From the NCBI GenBank assembly GCA_964524035.1, contig CAZGBP010000004.1:2862-66861 (forward strand): a stretch of 64,000 nt of DNA, written 5' to 3'. A program made the translations under genes and the position numbers. Of this stretch, positions 41,901 through 49,508 are shown piece by piece (the first letter of the stretch is position 1; every line of letters starts with the position of its first letter). The notes under the pieces were generated by a model. The model ran no database searches. It saw only the letters and a program-made list of their open reading frames with translations, and was not told the origin of the DNA. The stretch is from an uncultured Bifidobacteriaceae bacterium. Its GTDB lineage: Bacteria > Bacteroidota > Bacteroidia > Chitinophagales > UBA10324.

Positions 41901-42057
41901 CATCCTGTGTGCCAAACCACATGAAGCCACGGCTGTCTTCCAGTATGCAGGTTACCGTATTGGAAGAAAGCCCGCCGGAAGCAGTGTACCTGGTAAAACG
42001 AAGGGCGGGTGGCGATTGCGCATACAGATCTTGTATACACGAAAAGAGTGCATACAA
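38938..42057 (-). CDS. Sensor histidine kinase with periplasmic two-component-regulator propeller repeats + Y_Y_Y domain, TM, HisKA_3 and HATPase domains
   Basis: Repeated propeller blades (..G.WIGT..GL..). Y_Y_Y region (FRYRLEGFDKDW...PGKYTLQVRASNNDGVWN). TM segment WWFYGLMFIAIGATLYGIY. H-box ARDLHDDIGSTL and a C-terminal N/G boxes. The start codon is uncertain (see findings). Confidence 0.9.
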   Translation of the reverse strand: MYALFSCIQDLYAQSPPALRFTRYTASGGLSSNTVTCILEDSRGFMWFGTQDGLNRFDGKNFVVFKHDPDDAASIAGNVVNDLAEDSSGIIWIGTADAGLCSYDYKSNRFTSYPFEKGDFILNFIPNVQSVAIDDAQLVWVGAEKLGLFCLNAITDSFTYLGNRNVRASRTVNDVVISKNGRVYFGTIGTSLNYKELDGTYKTIDNYATSNLYPGYTITTVFCNSKNEVWCGGWDNGLYFFNSATDKLEQNLFETNKPFTYSGNELHAINEDQYGMLWLGMKLGDLYLFNPVNKQSIHYPTQKNDPDGLKAGRIYAIYRDRNNRMWLGTDAGVQVFDPLLNPFEIVDLEAKIALPDVNLKVMDFLLDKDHTLYIGTKSGLLIKNKNQDDFYLKTFRYKNQVLNINKIFRDSKGTIYLGTQSSMFVFDRNKLSLKTVNYFSDNFKYFDFFDIGSSNVNAIAEAVFMNDTVLWVSAYGHGICLFDRNTLRGGIGIIGKPPELHNLIRKIVVDSKGRAWMIGASMGLITDITSTYFSMDDSLWRQHPKVSKRVIDSFGMFNGKTFSGGDKAYSLRSNDVFDMLENEDGTFWITTKGSGLYLFNPADSEKTFIHFQSQHQNLEGIAQDKHGNLWIIAAGGIDFFDRRTQTFFRYDQVYGIPEEGVSGYFYKDEAGYLYAGGNGFYLRFRPEEVQRNLRPPPVYITHLKVLDQPADSLLLQNSIRLPHHQNFISFEMAALNYTNAAANQFRYRLEGFDKDWIQSNDNHQAIYTNLPPGKYTLQVRASNNDGVWNETGTSLQIIIDPPWWKTWWFYGLMFIAIGATLYGIYRYRMNQLLKLQNIRNKIARDLHDDIGSTLGSISFFSEAARQQLSNNNIEASQKVIEKIGDNSRNMIETMSDIVWSVNPENDSVDHLTTRMQALAVDILSLQDIRLKFHADEKLKKMKLNMEQRKNIFMIFKEALYNIVRYAGCTEVEISLQDTGKQVMMVIRDNGKGFDMAAVKSYNGNGLKNMKSRASEIDAGISIQSAVQAGTTIRLQMNKS

Positions 42058-42205
42058 AAAAATAATTCGATAAATGATCTCGTATTTCAGCGCCTGCAGG
42101 TTTTACAGAACAAAAGGTAGGTTACCTGCTTCACTAAATCAAATAACACTGCTACTTTTCTGCAACGGGAAATAATCATCAACTTTGTCAACTACAATCT
42201 GACAG

Positions 42206-43405
42206 ATGATCTCTATTGAAAAGATAAAACAGCTTTCGAAAGAACTAAAGCAGGAAGTGATTGGAATACGCCGTCATTTGCATGCCCATCCTGAATTGTC
42301 TTTCCAGGAATATGCAACATCTGCATACATAGCAGGCCTGCTTGCAGACTGGAAAATAGAACATCAGACGGGAATTGCAGGTACCGGTATTGTGGCACTC
42401 ATCAAAGGAAAAAACCCGGATAAAAAAGTGGTGGCGCTCAGGGCCGATATGGATGCATTACCGATTACAGAAAAAAATGAGGTCGAATACAAATCGCAGC
42501 AGGAAGGGGTTATGCATGCCTGCGGCCACGACGTGCATTCCTCTTCGTTGCTTGGCACTGCTAAAATGCTCAGCACTCTTAAAGAAGAGTTTGAGGGCAC
42601 CATCAAGCTGATCTTTCAGCCGGGAGAGGAAAAACTACCCGGAGGTGCATCGATGATGATCAGAGAAGGTGTTTTGGAAAATCCCCGGCCGGATGTAATT
42701 CTGGCGCAGCATGTTTTTACACAACTGCCGGCTGGCAAGAGCGGTTTTTTCGCCGGCAAATACATGGCCTCTTCCGATGAACTGTACCTTACCGTGAAAG
42801 GAAAAGGTGGCCATGCAGCAGTTCCGGCCGGTATTATTAATCCACTGTATGCGGCTGCAAAATTATTGGTGGCACTGGAAAATTTTGCAAGAGAGCTTGC
42901 CGCAACAAAAATACCCTCTGTACTTGCTTTCGGAAAGATTACCGGTGCCGGTGCCACCAATGTGGTACCTGACCTGGTAACCATCGAAGGCACCTTCAGA
43001 ACGATGGATGAGGCCTGGCGCAAAGAAGTGCATGGCCGGTTAAGAAGTATAACCGAAAAAGTTGCCACGGACTTTGCGGGCGGCATATCGCTTGAAATCA
43101 GATTAGGCTACCCCTGTTTGCACAACAACCCGGTTGTGACCAATTTATCGTCACAAGCCGCCATGGAATACCTTGGCCCGGAGAACGTTGTTGAACTTGG
43201 CACCTGGATGGCATCGGAAGACTTTGCCTATTACTCACAACAGATTCCGGCCTGTTTTTACCGTATTGGCACGGGCAATCCTGAAAAAAATATTGTTTCG
43301 CCGGTGCATACGGCCACCTTTTCTATTGATGAGGATGCACTTGAAATTTCTACCGGGCTGATGGCCTATATGGCTATCAAATTACTTGGTTCTGCACCGG
43401 CATAA
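42206..43405 (+). CDS. M20D-family amidohydrolase (N-acyl-amino-acid amidohydrolase/hippuricase-like)
   Basis: RRHLHAHPELSFQE, ALRADMDALP, MHACGHDVH and IFQPGEE motifs. Confidence 0.85.
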   Translation: MISIEKIKQLSKELKQEVIGIRRHLHAHPELSFQEYATSAYIAGLLADWKIEHQTGIAGTGIVALIKGKNPDKKVVALRADMDALPITEKNEVEYKSQQEGVMHACGHDVHSSSLLGTAKMLSTLKEEFEGTIKLIFQPGEEKLPGGASMMIREGVLENPRPDVILAQHVFTQLPAGKSGFFAGKYMASSDELYLTVKGKGGHAAVPAGIINPLYAAAKLLVALENFARELAATKIPSVLAFGKITGAGATNVVPDLVTIEGTFRTMDEAWRKEVHGRLRSITEKVATDFAGGISLEIRLGYPCLHNNPVVTNLSSQAAMEYLGPENVVELGTWMASEDFAYYSQQIPACFYRIGTGNPEKNIVSPVHTATFSIDEDALEISTGLMAYMAIKLLGSAPA

Positions 43406-43445
43406 AACAGGTTGCCTTTTCTCTTAAAAAAACAGGCAACCTGTT
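43406..43445. terminator. Bidirectional terminator between convergent genes
   Basis: AACAGGTTGCCT / AGGCAACCTGTT 12-bp perfect stem with T/A runs on both sides. Confidence 0.7.
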
Positions 43446-43466
43446 ATGCATGTAATCTAATGTTTG

Positions 43467-45227
43467 CTAAGGATTCAGTGACCAGAAAGCCGGTACCAGG
43501 ATCAATAATATGGCCATCAGAATGATGGTAAGTAATCCTCCCACTTTGATGAAATCGGCAAATTTATATTTGCCCGGACCATAAACCAGGATACAGGATG
43601 GCTCAAATGGTGTTACGAGTGAAATGGAAGCCGATAACATGACGGTAATGGCGAACGTTCTTGGATTCGCTCCCAGCGCATTGGCAGCTTCAATCGCAAC
43701 AGGCAAAACCACCAGGGCGGCAGCTGCATTGGACATAGGTTGTGTTAGTAATACGGTGAGCACCATAAAACCTCCCAGAATACCGACTACACCCAACGAT
43801 TCGAAAATTGTGATGATGCCCTCAGCAAGAAAAGTATCCGTCCCGGTCTTCGTCATCGCCGTTCCGAATGCACTCATTCCTGCAATCAGGATCAATAGTC
43901 TCCAGTCTATATTCTCATACGCGCGTTGAAGATTGATTCCTTTAAAGAGTACTGTAAGAATGGCAGCAATCAGGAATGCAATAGACAAGGGCATCAGCTC
44001 AAATGATCCAACAAGTATGGCTGCAAGAAAAAACCCGAGCGTCAGCATTCCCCTCTTGCGCATTTGCAGGTTGGGTTTATGCTCCACCAGCGTGATCAGG
44101 TTATGATCTCCTGAAAATCCATTCATTCTTGCCCTGGAACCCTGAACCAGCAATAAGTCACCGATTTCCAGCTTAACATTTTCAACCTGTTCAAACAGAT
44201 TTTCACCTGACCGGTGTATGGCAATAGGCACGATGCCATACTTTTGACGCAGGCTGGTTTGCTTGATTACCTCACCTACAAACTCGGAACGCGGAGGAAT
44301 CAATACTTCCAACAGCCTGAGATCTTCACCTGATTTATAGAAATCCCTGGTATCCGGAAGCAGTTCAAGTCCGATGGTATTTTTGATTTTAATCAGGTTA
44401 TCGGCTTTACCTTCCACCAAAAGGATATCGCCCTTTTCCAGCGTGGCAAAAACGCCCGGATGAAATTTTTCTTCGCCCCTTACTATGCCCAGCACAACGA
44501 AGCCGGATTGGGCCAAAGTAGATTTGCTTACCGGCTGACCGATTAAAGGTGACCCTTGCATAATTACCAGTTCGCTCAGGTAATCTCTCAACTGGTAATC
44601 CTCTTGCAAATCAACCGTTTCATAGTTTGGCAAAAGGCGCCTGCCGATGGTCATCAAATAGACAATGCTCACCACCAGCAATAATAGCCCGACGAGGCTG
44701 AACTCAAACATGCCGAGTGGTTCCATATTAAGGCTTTTCATATAACCACTTACGGCCACATTGGTAGAAGTACCGATCAGTGTACAGGTTCCACCGACAA
44801 TGGATGCAAAAGCAACCGGCATCAGGAACTTGGAATGGCTAAACCCCGCTTTGCGTGCAATGCTGATTACCGGGTTAATCATCAGCGCGGTTGCCGTGGT
44901 ATTGTTCATAAAAGCAGAAATACCTCCGGTGAGTGAAACGAGGTATAATAATATTCGTTTGGGTTTCGATTTCGACAACTTCAGCATATAATTCGCTGCC
45001 GAATCAAGCACACCGTTTTCCATAATGGCCGTTGTAATAACAAAAATGGAAGCCAGGATGAGCATAAAATCGCTGCTGAATCCGGCAAATGCCTCCTTGG
45101 TAGTTAAAATACCGGTTAAAACCAGTACCACGAGGATCAGGCAGGTGACAATATCTACCGAGATTTTTTCCAGTGAAAAAAGAATGACGGCAAGAATCAA
45201 TAGAGAGAGTACAATGGTTATTTCCAT
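43467..45227 (-). CDS. SLC13/DASS-family anion permease with two central TrkA-C (RCK_C) domains
   Basis: 586 aa. Polytopic halves flank two soluble repeats (..LSELVIMQGSPLIGQPV.. and ..LEVLIPPRSEFVGEVI..) typical of TrkA_C inserts. It is transcribed divergently from cysC/sat, so it is a putative sulfate or other anion transporter. Confidence 0.8.
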   Translation of the reverse strand: MEITIVLSLLILAVILFSLEKISVDIVTCLILVVLVLTGILTTKEAFAGFSSDFMLILASIFVITTAIMENGVLDSAANYMLKLSKSKPKRILLYLVSLTGGISAFMNNTTATALMINPVISIARKAGFSHSKFLMPVAFASIVGGTCTLIGTSTNVAVSGYMKSLNMEPLGMFEFSLVGLLLLVVSIVYLMTIGRRLLPNYETVDLQEDYQLRDYLSELVIMQGSPLIGQPVSKSTLAQSGFVVLGIVRGEEKFHPGVFATLEKGDILLVEGKADNLIKIKNTIGLELLPDTRDFYKSGEDLRLLEVLIPPRSEFVGEVIKQTSLRQKYGIVPIAIHRSGENLFEQVENVKLEIGDLLLVQGSRARMNGFSGDHNLITLVEHKPNLQMRKRGMLTLGFFLAAILVGSFELMPLSIAFLIAAILTVLFKGINLQRAYENIDWRLLILIAGMSAFGTAMTKTGTDTFLAEGIITIFESLGVVGILGGFMVLTVLLTQPMSNAAAALVVLPVAIEAANALGANPRTFAITVMLSASISLVTPFEPSCILVYGPGKYKFADFIKVGGLLTIILMAILLILVPAFWSLNP

Positions 45228-45713
45228 AAGCAGTAATTTGTTAATGATGTTTAAACAGGGCGCTAATCTATATATTCTACAGTATTAGTAGTACTATAGA
45301 TTTAGTAGAATATTCAATTTTCCTGAAAAGTAAAATGGAACTTTCCACGATAACACCAACCGGCTGAAGGTATAATACGCTACATATGAACCGGTTAGGA
45401 GCAAAAAATAGTGTTATACCCGGAGAAAAAATAAATTCTAATAAATCGACCTACTTAATAGAATATTCACGACTATTGTTGGCGCAAATCCGGCAGCACG
45501 CCGTTTTTCAATTAAAATGCTTTGAAGGAAGCAACATCCGGTTAAGGGCCGGCGGGAAACTTCCGGGTCTGCCCATTTGGGTGATGGCACCTGTAAAAAG
45601 AAATAAAAAGCCATTGATAACATGAAACTTATACGTTTTGATACCGTATTCAATGCCGTTTTACTATCTTTGCGCCTTCAATTTTTAAACCTTCATTAAA
45701 TCCACACATTTCC

Positions 45714-46322
45714 ATGGCAGAAGTTAAGTACATAATTCCTCACGGCCACACCATTACGAAAGAAAACCGCCAGGCTTTAAAAGGCCACAAGTCTTGTATA
45801 TTATGGTACACCGGCCTTTCCGGCTCCGGCAAATCTACCATAGCCAATAAGGTAGAAGAAAAAATGTTTGATATGGGTATTCATACGTACATCCTTGATG
45901 GCGACAATGTACGGATGGGATTGAACAAAGGCCTTGGTTTCAGCGATGAAGACCGTAAAGAAAACATACGTCGCATTGGTGAAGTATCTAAATTATTTGT
46001 AGACGCCGGAATCATCGTGGGCACCGCATTCATCTCCCCTTTCCGCAGCGACCGCGAAATGGCCCGCAACATTATGAAAGAAGGAGAGTTTATTGAAGTT
46101 TTCGTTAATACGCCATTGGATGTTTGCGAACAGCGCGATCCAAAAGGACTGTATAAGAAAGCACGCGCCGGCGAAATCAAGTTTTTCACAGGAATTGATT
46201 CCCCGTACGAAGCACCTGAAAAAGCCGAAATTGAGATCCTTTCTGCAGGCAGAACCGTAGATGACTGTGCGGATGAGGTTATTGCCTGGCTGAAGGAAAA
46301 AAACTACATCCCTGCTGAATAA
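45714..46322 (+). CDS. cysC: Adenylyl-sulfate (APS) kinase
   Basis: P-loop GLSGSGKSTIA, LDGDNVR and FISPF motifs. Confidence 0.93.
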   Translation: MAEVKYIIPHGHTITKENRQALKGHKSCILWYTGLSGSGKSTIANKVEEKMFDMGIHTYILDGDNVRMGLNKGLGFSDEDRKENIRRIGEVSKLFVDAGIIVGTAFISPFRSDREMARNIMKEGEFIEVFVNTPLDVCEQRDPKGLYKKARAGEIKFFTGIDSPYEAPEKAEIEILSAGRTVDDCADEVIAWLKEKNYIPAE

Positions 46323-46359
46323 AGCGTACTTAACTAACCATTAAAATCCAATAAATAGA

Positions 46360-47526
46360 ATGAATCAACCTCATGGCGGCGTGCTTGTAAACAGAATTGC
46401 AACGGGCGCACGTAAAACAGAATTAGAGAACAAAGCAAAATCGCTTTTTCAACTGGTCATCGAAGACCGTTATGCAGCAGATATTGAAATGATTGCCAAT
46501 GGCGCTTTCAGCCCGCTTACCGGCTTTATGAATAAAGCAGATGCTGAAGGAACTATTGAGAAAATGACATTAAGCAATGGCTTGCTTTGGGGTATTCCTA
46601 TCCTGCTTCCCACCGGTGATCAGCACGATCAGATAAAAACAGGTACCGAAATAGCCCTTATTGAGAAGAGCTCCGGCAATGTATTGGCCGTAATGCAGGT
46701 AGAAGAAAAGTTTGAATTGGATTTAATGAACCTGACTCAAAAATGTTTTAAGACCACGGAAGACAAGCATCCTGGTGTTAAGGCCGTATTGAGCGGTGGC
46801 AGCAAATTCATTTCAGGACCGCTGGAAATGATTAACAGGCCTACCCGCCACGATCAGATCGATGACAAATACTTTATGGATCCTTCTGAAACGCGTGCAG
46901 AATTCGCAAAACGCAATTGGAAAACGATCGTTGCTTTCCAAACCAGAAACCCAATTCACCGCGCACATGAATACCTGATTAAATGTGCACAGGAGATTGT
47001 GGATGGTGCATTGATACATCCGATAGTTGGTGAAACAAAGCCTGATGATATTCCGGCACCCGTTCGGATGCGCTGCTATGAAGCCCTTATAAACGGTTAT
47101 TTCAATCCGGACAATACCATGGTAAGCGCCTTGCCAACCGCTATGCGCTATGCAGGTCCCAGAGAAGCAATTAACCACACTATGATCCGCAAAAATTATG
47201 GCTGCACGCACATGATTGTTGGCCGCGACCATGCAGGTGTTGGCACCTATTACGGCACGTACGAAGCACAGGAAATGATGGACAGTGTAGCCGACCGTAC
47301 CGGCATGACGATTTTGAAATTTGAAAACACCTTCTTCTGTAAAGAAACGGAAGGCATGGCTTCCAGTAAAACGGCTCCGAAGAATGCTACCCAGGTTTCT
47401 TTAAGCGGAACAAAAGTGCGTGAGATGCTGTCTAACGGAGAAAGGCCGCCTGCAGAATTTTCCCGTGCAGAAGTAGCGGATATCCTGATTGAATGGGCAA
47501 CGGCTAAGTCTTCTGTTACCGCATAA
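46360..47526 (+). CDS. sat: Sulfate adenylyltransferase (homo-oligomeric ATP sulfurylase)
   Basis: QTRNPIHRAHE and VGRDHAGVG signature motifs; 388 aa. Confidence 0.92.
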   Translation: MNQPHGGVLVNRIATGARKTELENKAKSLFQLVIEDRYAADIEMIANGAFSPLTGFMNKADAEGTIEKMTLSNGLLWGIPILLPTGDQHDQIKTGTEIALIEKSSGNVLAVMQVEEKFELDLMNLTQKCFKTTEDKHPGVKAVLSGGSKFISGPLEMINRPTRHDQIDDKYFMDPSETRAEFAKRNWKTIVAFQTRNPIHRAHEYLIKCAQEIVDGALIHPIVGETKPDDIPAPVRMRCYEALINGYFNPDNTMVSALPTAMRYAGPREAINHTMIRKNYGCTHMIVGRDHAGVGTYYGTYEAQEMMDSVADRTGMTILKFENTFFCKETEGMASSKTAPKNATQVSLSGTKVREMLSNGERPPAEFSRAEVADILIEWATAKSSVTA

Positions 47527-47550
47527 CATTTTTATCAGTTCGATTTTAAA

Positions 47551-47580
47551 AGTCCCGCAAATTGCGGGACTTTTTATTTT
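47551..47580 (+). terminator. Intrinsic terminator after sat
   Basis: AGTCCCGC-aaatt-GCGGGACT hairpin followed by TTTTTATTTT. Confidence 0.8.
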
Positions 47581-47720
47581 GCAGGCTGCCTGACTGCTTC
47601 CCGAAATTACTTTGTACGAACAGGTGTGTTGTTGCAGACCGGCATACGAGGCAATTGCTTCAACTTGAACATGGAGAACGAAACGGCAAATCGTAACTTA
47701 AAATAAAACAAAGCGGCAAC

Positions 47721-48194
47721 ATGCAAATACGCCAGGCCATTGAAAACGACGTGGAATCATTAGTTGATTTATGGATCGAGCTCATGGAAGTCCATGCTGC
47801 ATTCAGCACCCAGTTTCTCATCAACAAAAACAAAAGAGCGGCTATAGAAGCTTTCATCCTGCAACAACTTGGCAAGAAACAAACGCGGATTTTTGTTATG
47901 GAAGAAGATGCTGCTATTGTTGCCATGCTCTTTGCACGCATTGAACAGCGGCCGGAAATGTTTATCCGTCAGAGAAGCGGATACATAGCAGAAACAATTG
48001 TTACCCGTTCGCAACGGGGAAAAAATATTGGAAATGAACTGGCTGAGGCGGCACATGCATGGTTTGCCGCTGAGGGTGTGACCTGTTCCGAACTGCAGGT
48101 AGCTGCGTCGAATGCTGCAGCCATTGCATTCTGGCAGTCGAAAGGTTATGAAACGCTTATCTTACGCATGATCAGAACTGAGGGGAAAACATAG
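47721..48194 (+). CDS. GNAT-family N-acetyltransferase
   Basis: 157 aa with acetyl-CoA-binding motif RSQRGKNIGNELAEAA (Q/RxxGxG/A). Confidence 0.8.
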   Translation: MQIRQAIENDVESLVDLWIELMEVHAAFSTQFLINKNKRAAIEAFILQQLGKKQTRIFVMEEDAAIVAMLFARIEQRPEMFIRQRSGYIAETIVTRSQRGKNIGNELAEAAHAWFAAEGVTCSELQVAASNAAAIAFWQSKGYETLILRMIRTEGKT

Positions 48195-48196
48195 TA

Positions 48197-49147
48197 TTAC
48201 AACCATCTGTTTCTTCTGAAAATCCATAAGGTGGTAAGCGAAGAAAGCAGCATCAACGCCAGCGCAAAGAGGTACCCATACTTCCAGTGTAACTCCGGCA
48301 ATATGTCGAAGTTCATACCGTAGATGGAAGCTACCAGGGTCGGAGGCAGGAATACTACCGAAGCAACCGTAAATAACTTGATGATTTTATTCTGTTCGAT
48401 GTTGATCAAACCAAGAAAGGTATCCTGCAGGTATTCCAGGCGGTCGAAACTGAAGGTCGTGTGATCCATCAGCGAGTTCACATCTTTAATCATCATACGA
48501 AGCCGGTCATAACAATCTTTCGGAAAATGATCGCTTCGTAACATGGCAGAGATCATGCGCTGCTTGTCAATCATATTCTGACGCAATAGCATGGTCATTT
48601 CCTGCAATTGCGTAGCACGGATCAGAATTTCTTTGTCCGCTTTCTGTTCAGCACCCATGAACTTTCCTATCCGGGAAATTTCACGGGCAATATTTTCCAG
48701 TAAGTCCGCATCAAAATCAATCCTGTTTTCAAATATTGACAACATCACATGGTAACCCGAAGGAAATGACTTGGGTGTGGAAAGCACGCGCTTGGAGATC
48801 TCGGTGAACGACCTGAATTCATTGGTACGATGGGTAATCAGGTAATTATTCTTCAGGATGAATGAAGCCGGATCACTGATGTAGGTATCTCCCTGCTGCA
48901 ACAAAAAGTTGGAATTGGCAACTATGATCTTATTGGTTTCATGATATCGCGAACTGCTTTCAATCTCTTCCTGCTCCTGCTTCTCACTCAGATTGATGCC
49001 GAATTTATTGCTGATATACCTCGTCTCCAGTTCATCCAGCCTGTTCAGGTCTACCCATACCACATTCAGCGGATCAATCTGCGGTAGCGTCCGCAGGTCT
49101 GACTCCCGAACAATCTTATCATTCTGCCGGTAATAGATATTGATCAT
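48197..49147 (-). CDS. corA: CorA-family magnesium/cobalt transporter
   Basis: C-terminal two TM helices with the YGMNF signature (SIYGMNFDILPE). The ATG at 49147 (MINIYYRQ...) is preferred; the ORF-track GTG at 49240 is an alternative. Confidence 0.88.
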   Translation of the reverse strand: MINIYYRQNDKIVRESDLRTLPQIDPLNVVWVDLNRLDELETRYISNKFGINLSEKQEQEEIESSSRYHETNKIIVANSNFLLQQGDTYISDPASFILKNNYLITHRTNEFRSFTEISKRVLSTPKSFPSGYHVMLSIFENRIDFDADLLENIAREISRIGKFMGAEQKADKEILIRATQLQEMTMLLRQNMIDKQRMISAMLRSDHFPKDCYDRLRMMIKDVNSLMDHTTFSFDRLEYLQDTFLGLINIEQNKIIKLFTVASVVFLPPTLVASIYGMNFDILPELHWKYGYLFALALMLLSSLTTLWIFRRNRWL

Positions 49148-49284
49148 CTCTTCAATATTACGAGAGTAAATTACGACATAAATTATTCTTTGCAAGGTCG
49201 CCGGCGCTTTAACCTGCAAAACGAAATAAGGCGCATTCACTTTAATATATGGATCGGAGCAAAAAGCTTTAAACCGATATCATG

Positions 49285-49442
49285 GGTGTACGATAATTCG
49301 TTCATGTTGCAAAGCAATGGCTGGCGGGTTAAATGGTTAAATTGCTGGGGCTAAGGCGATCACTTGTTATGCTGTATTCACTGCGCTACTTTACTCACTC
49401 ACTTAATTGTCCCAATAATCTATTTCCAGTTTGTCGAACACC
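49285..49442 (-). mobile_element. MITE-like non-autonomous element, copy 2 (158 bp, inverted relative to copy 1)
   Basis: Ends GGTGTACGATAA (49285-49296) / TTGTCGAACACC (49431-49442) are inverted repeats matching at 10/12. It is flanked by a perfect 10-bp direct duplication CGATATCATG (49275-49284 and 49443-49452). The reverse complement shares blocks with copy 1: TAGATTATTG, GAGTAAAG, CAAGTGATCG, AATTTAACCATTTAACC, CCATTGCT, ATGAACGAATT. Confidence 0.8.
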
Positions 49443-49508
49443 CGATATCATGCTGTTTCCTTTTTTAGTAATTCTTTATATCCGCCATTTGATTAATTGT
49501 GTGAATCC

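Noticed and set aside
45595-45640. Possible third, degraded MITE end (GCCATTGATAACATGAAACTTATACG resembles the element's ...GCCATTGCTTTGCAACATGAACGAATTATCGTAC)
   Set aside because: The similarity is short and gapped, and there is no matching opposite terminus or flanking duplication nearby.
45228-45713. Riboswitch (SAM, cobalamin or similar) in the long leader upstream of cysC
   Set aside because: No recognisable conserved core (no B12 box, no SAM-I/II signature) could be matched by eye. It is kept only as an unexplained long leader in the findings.
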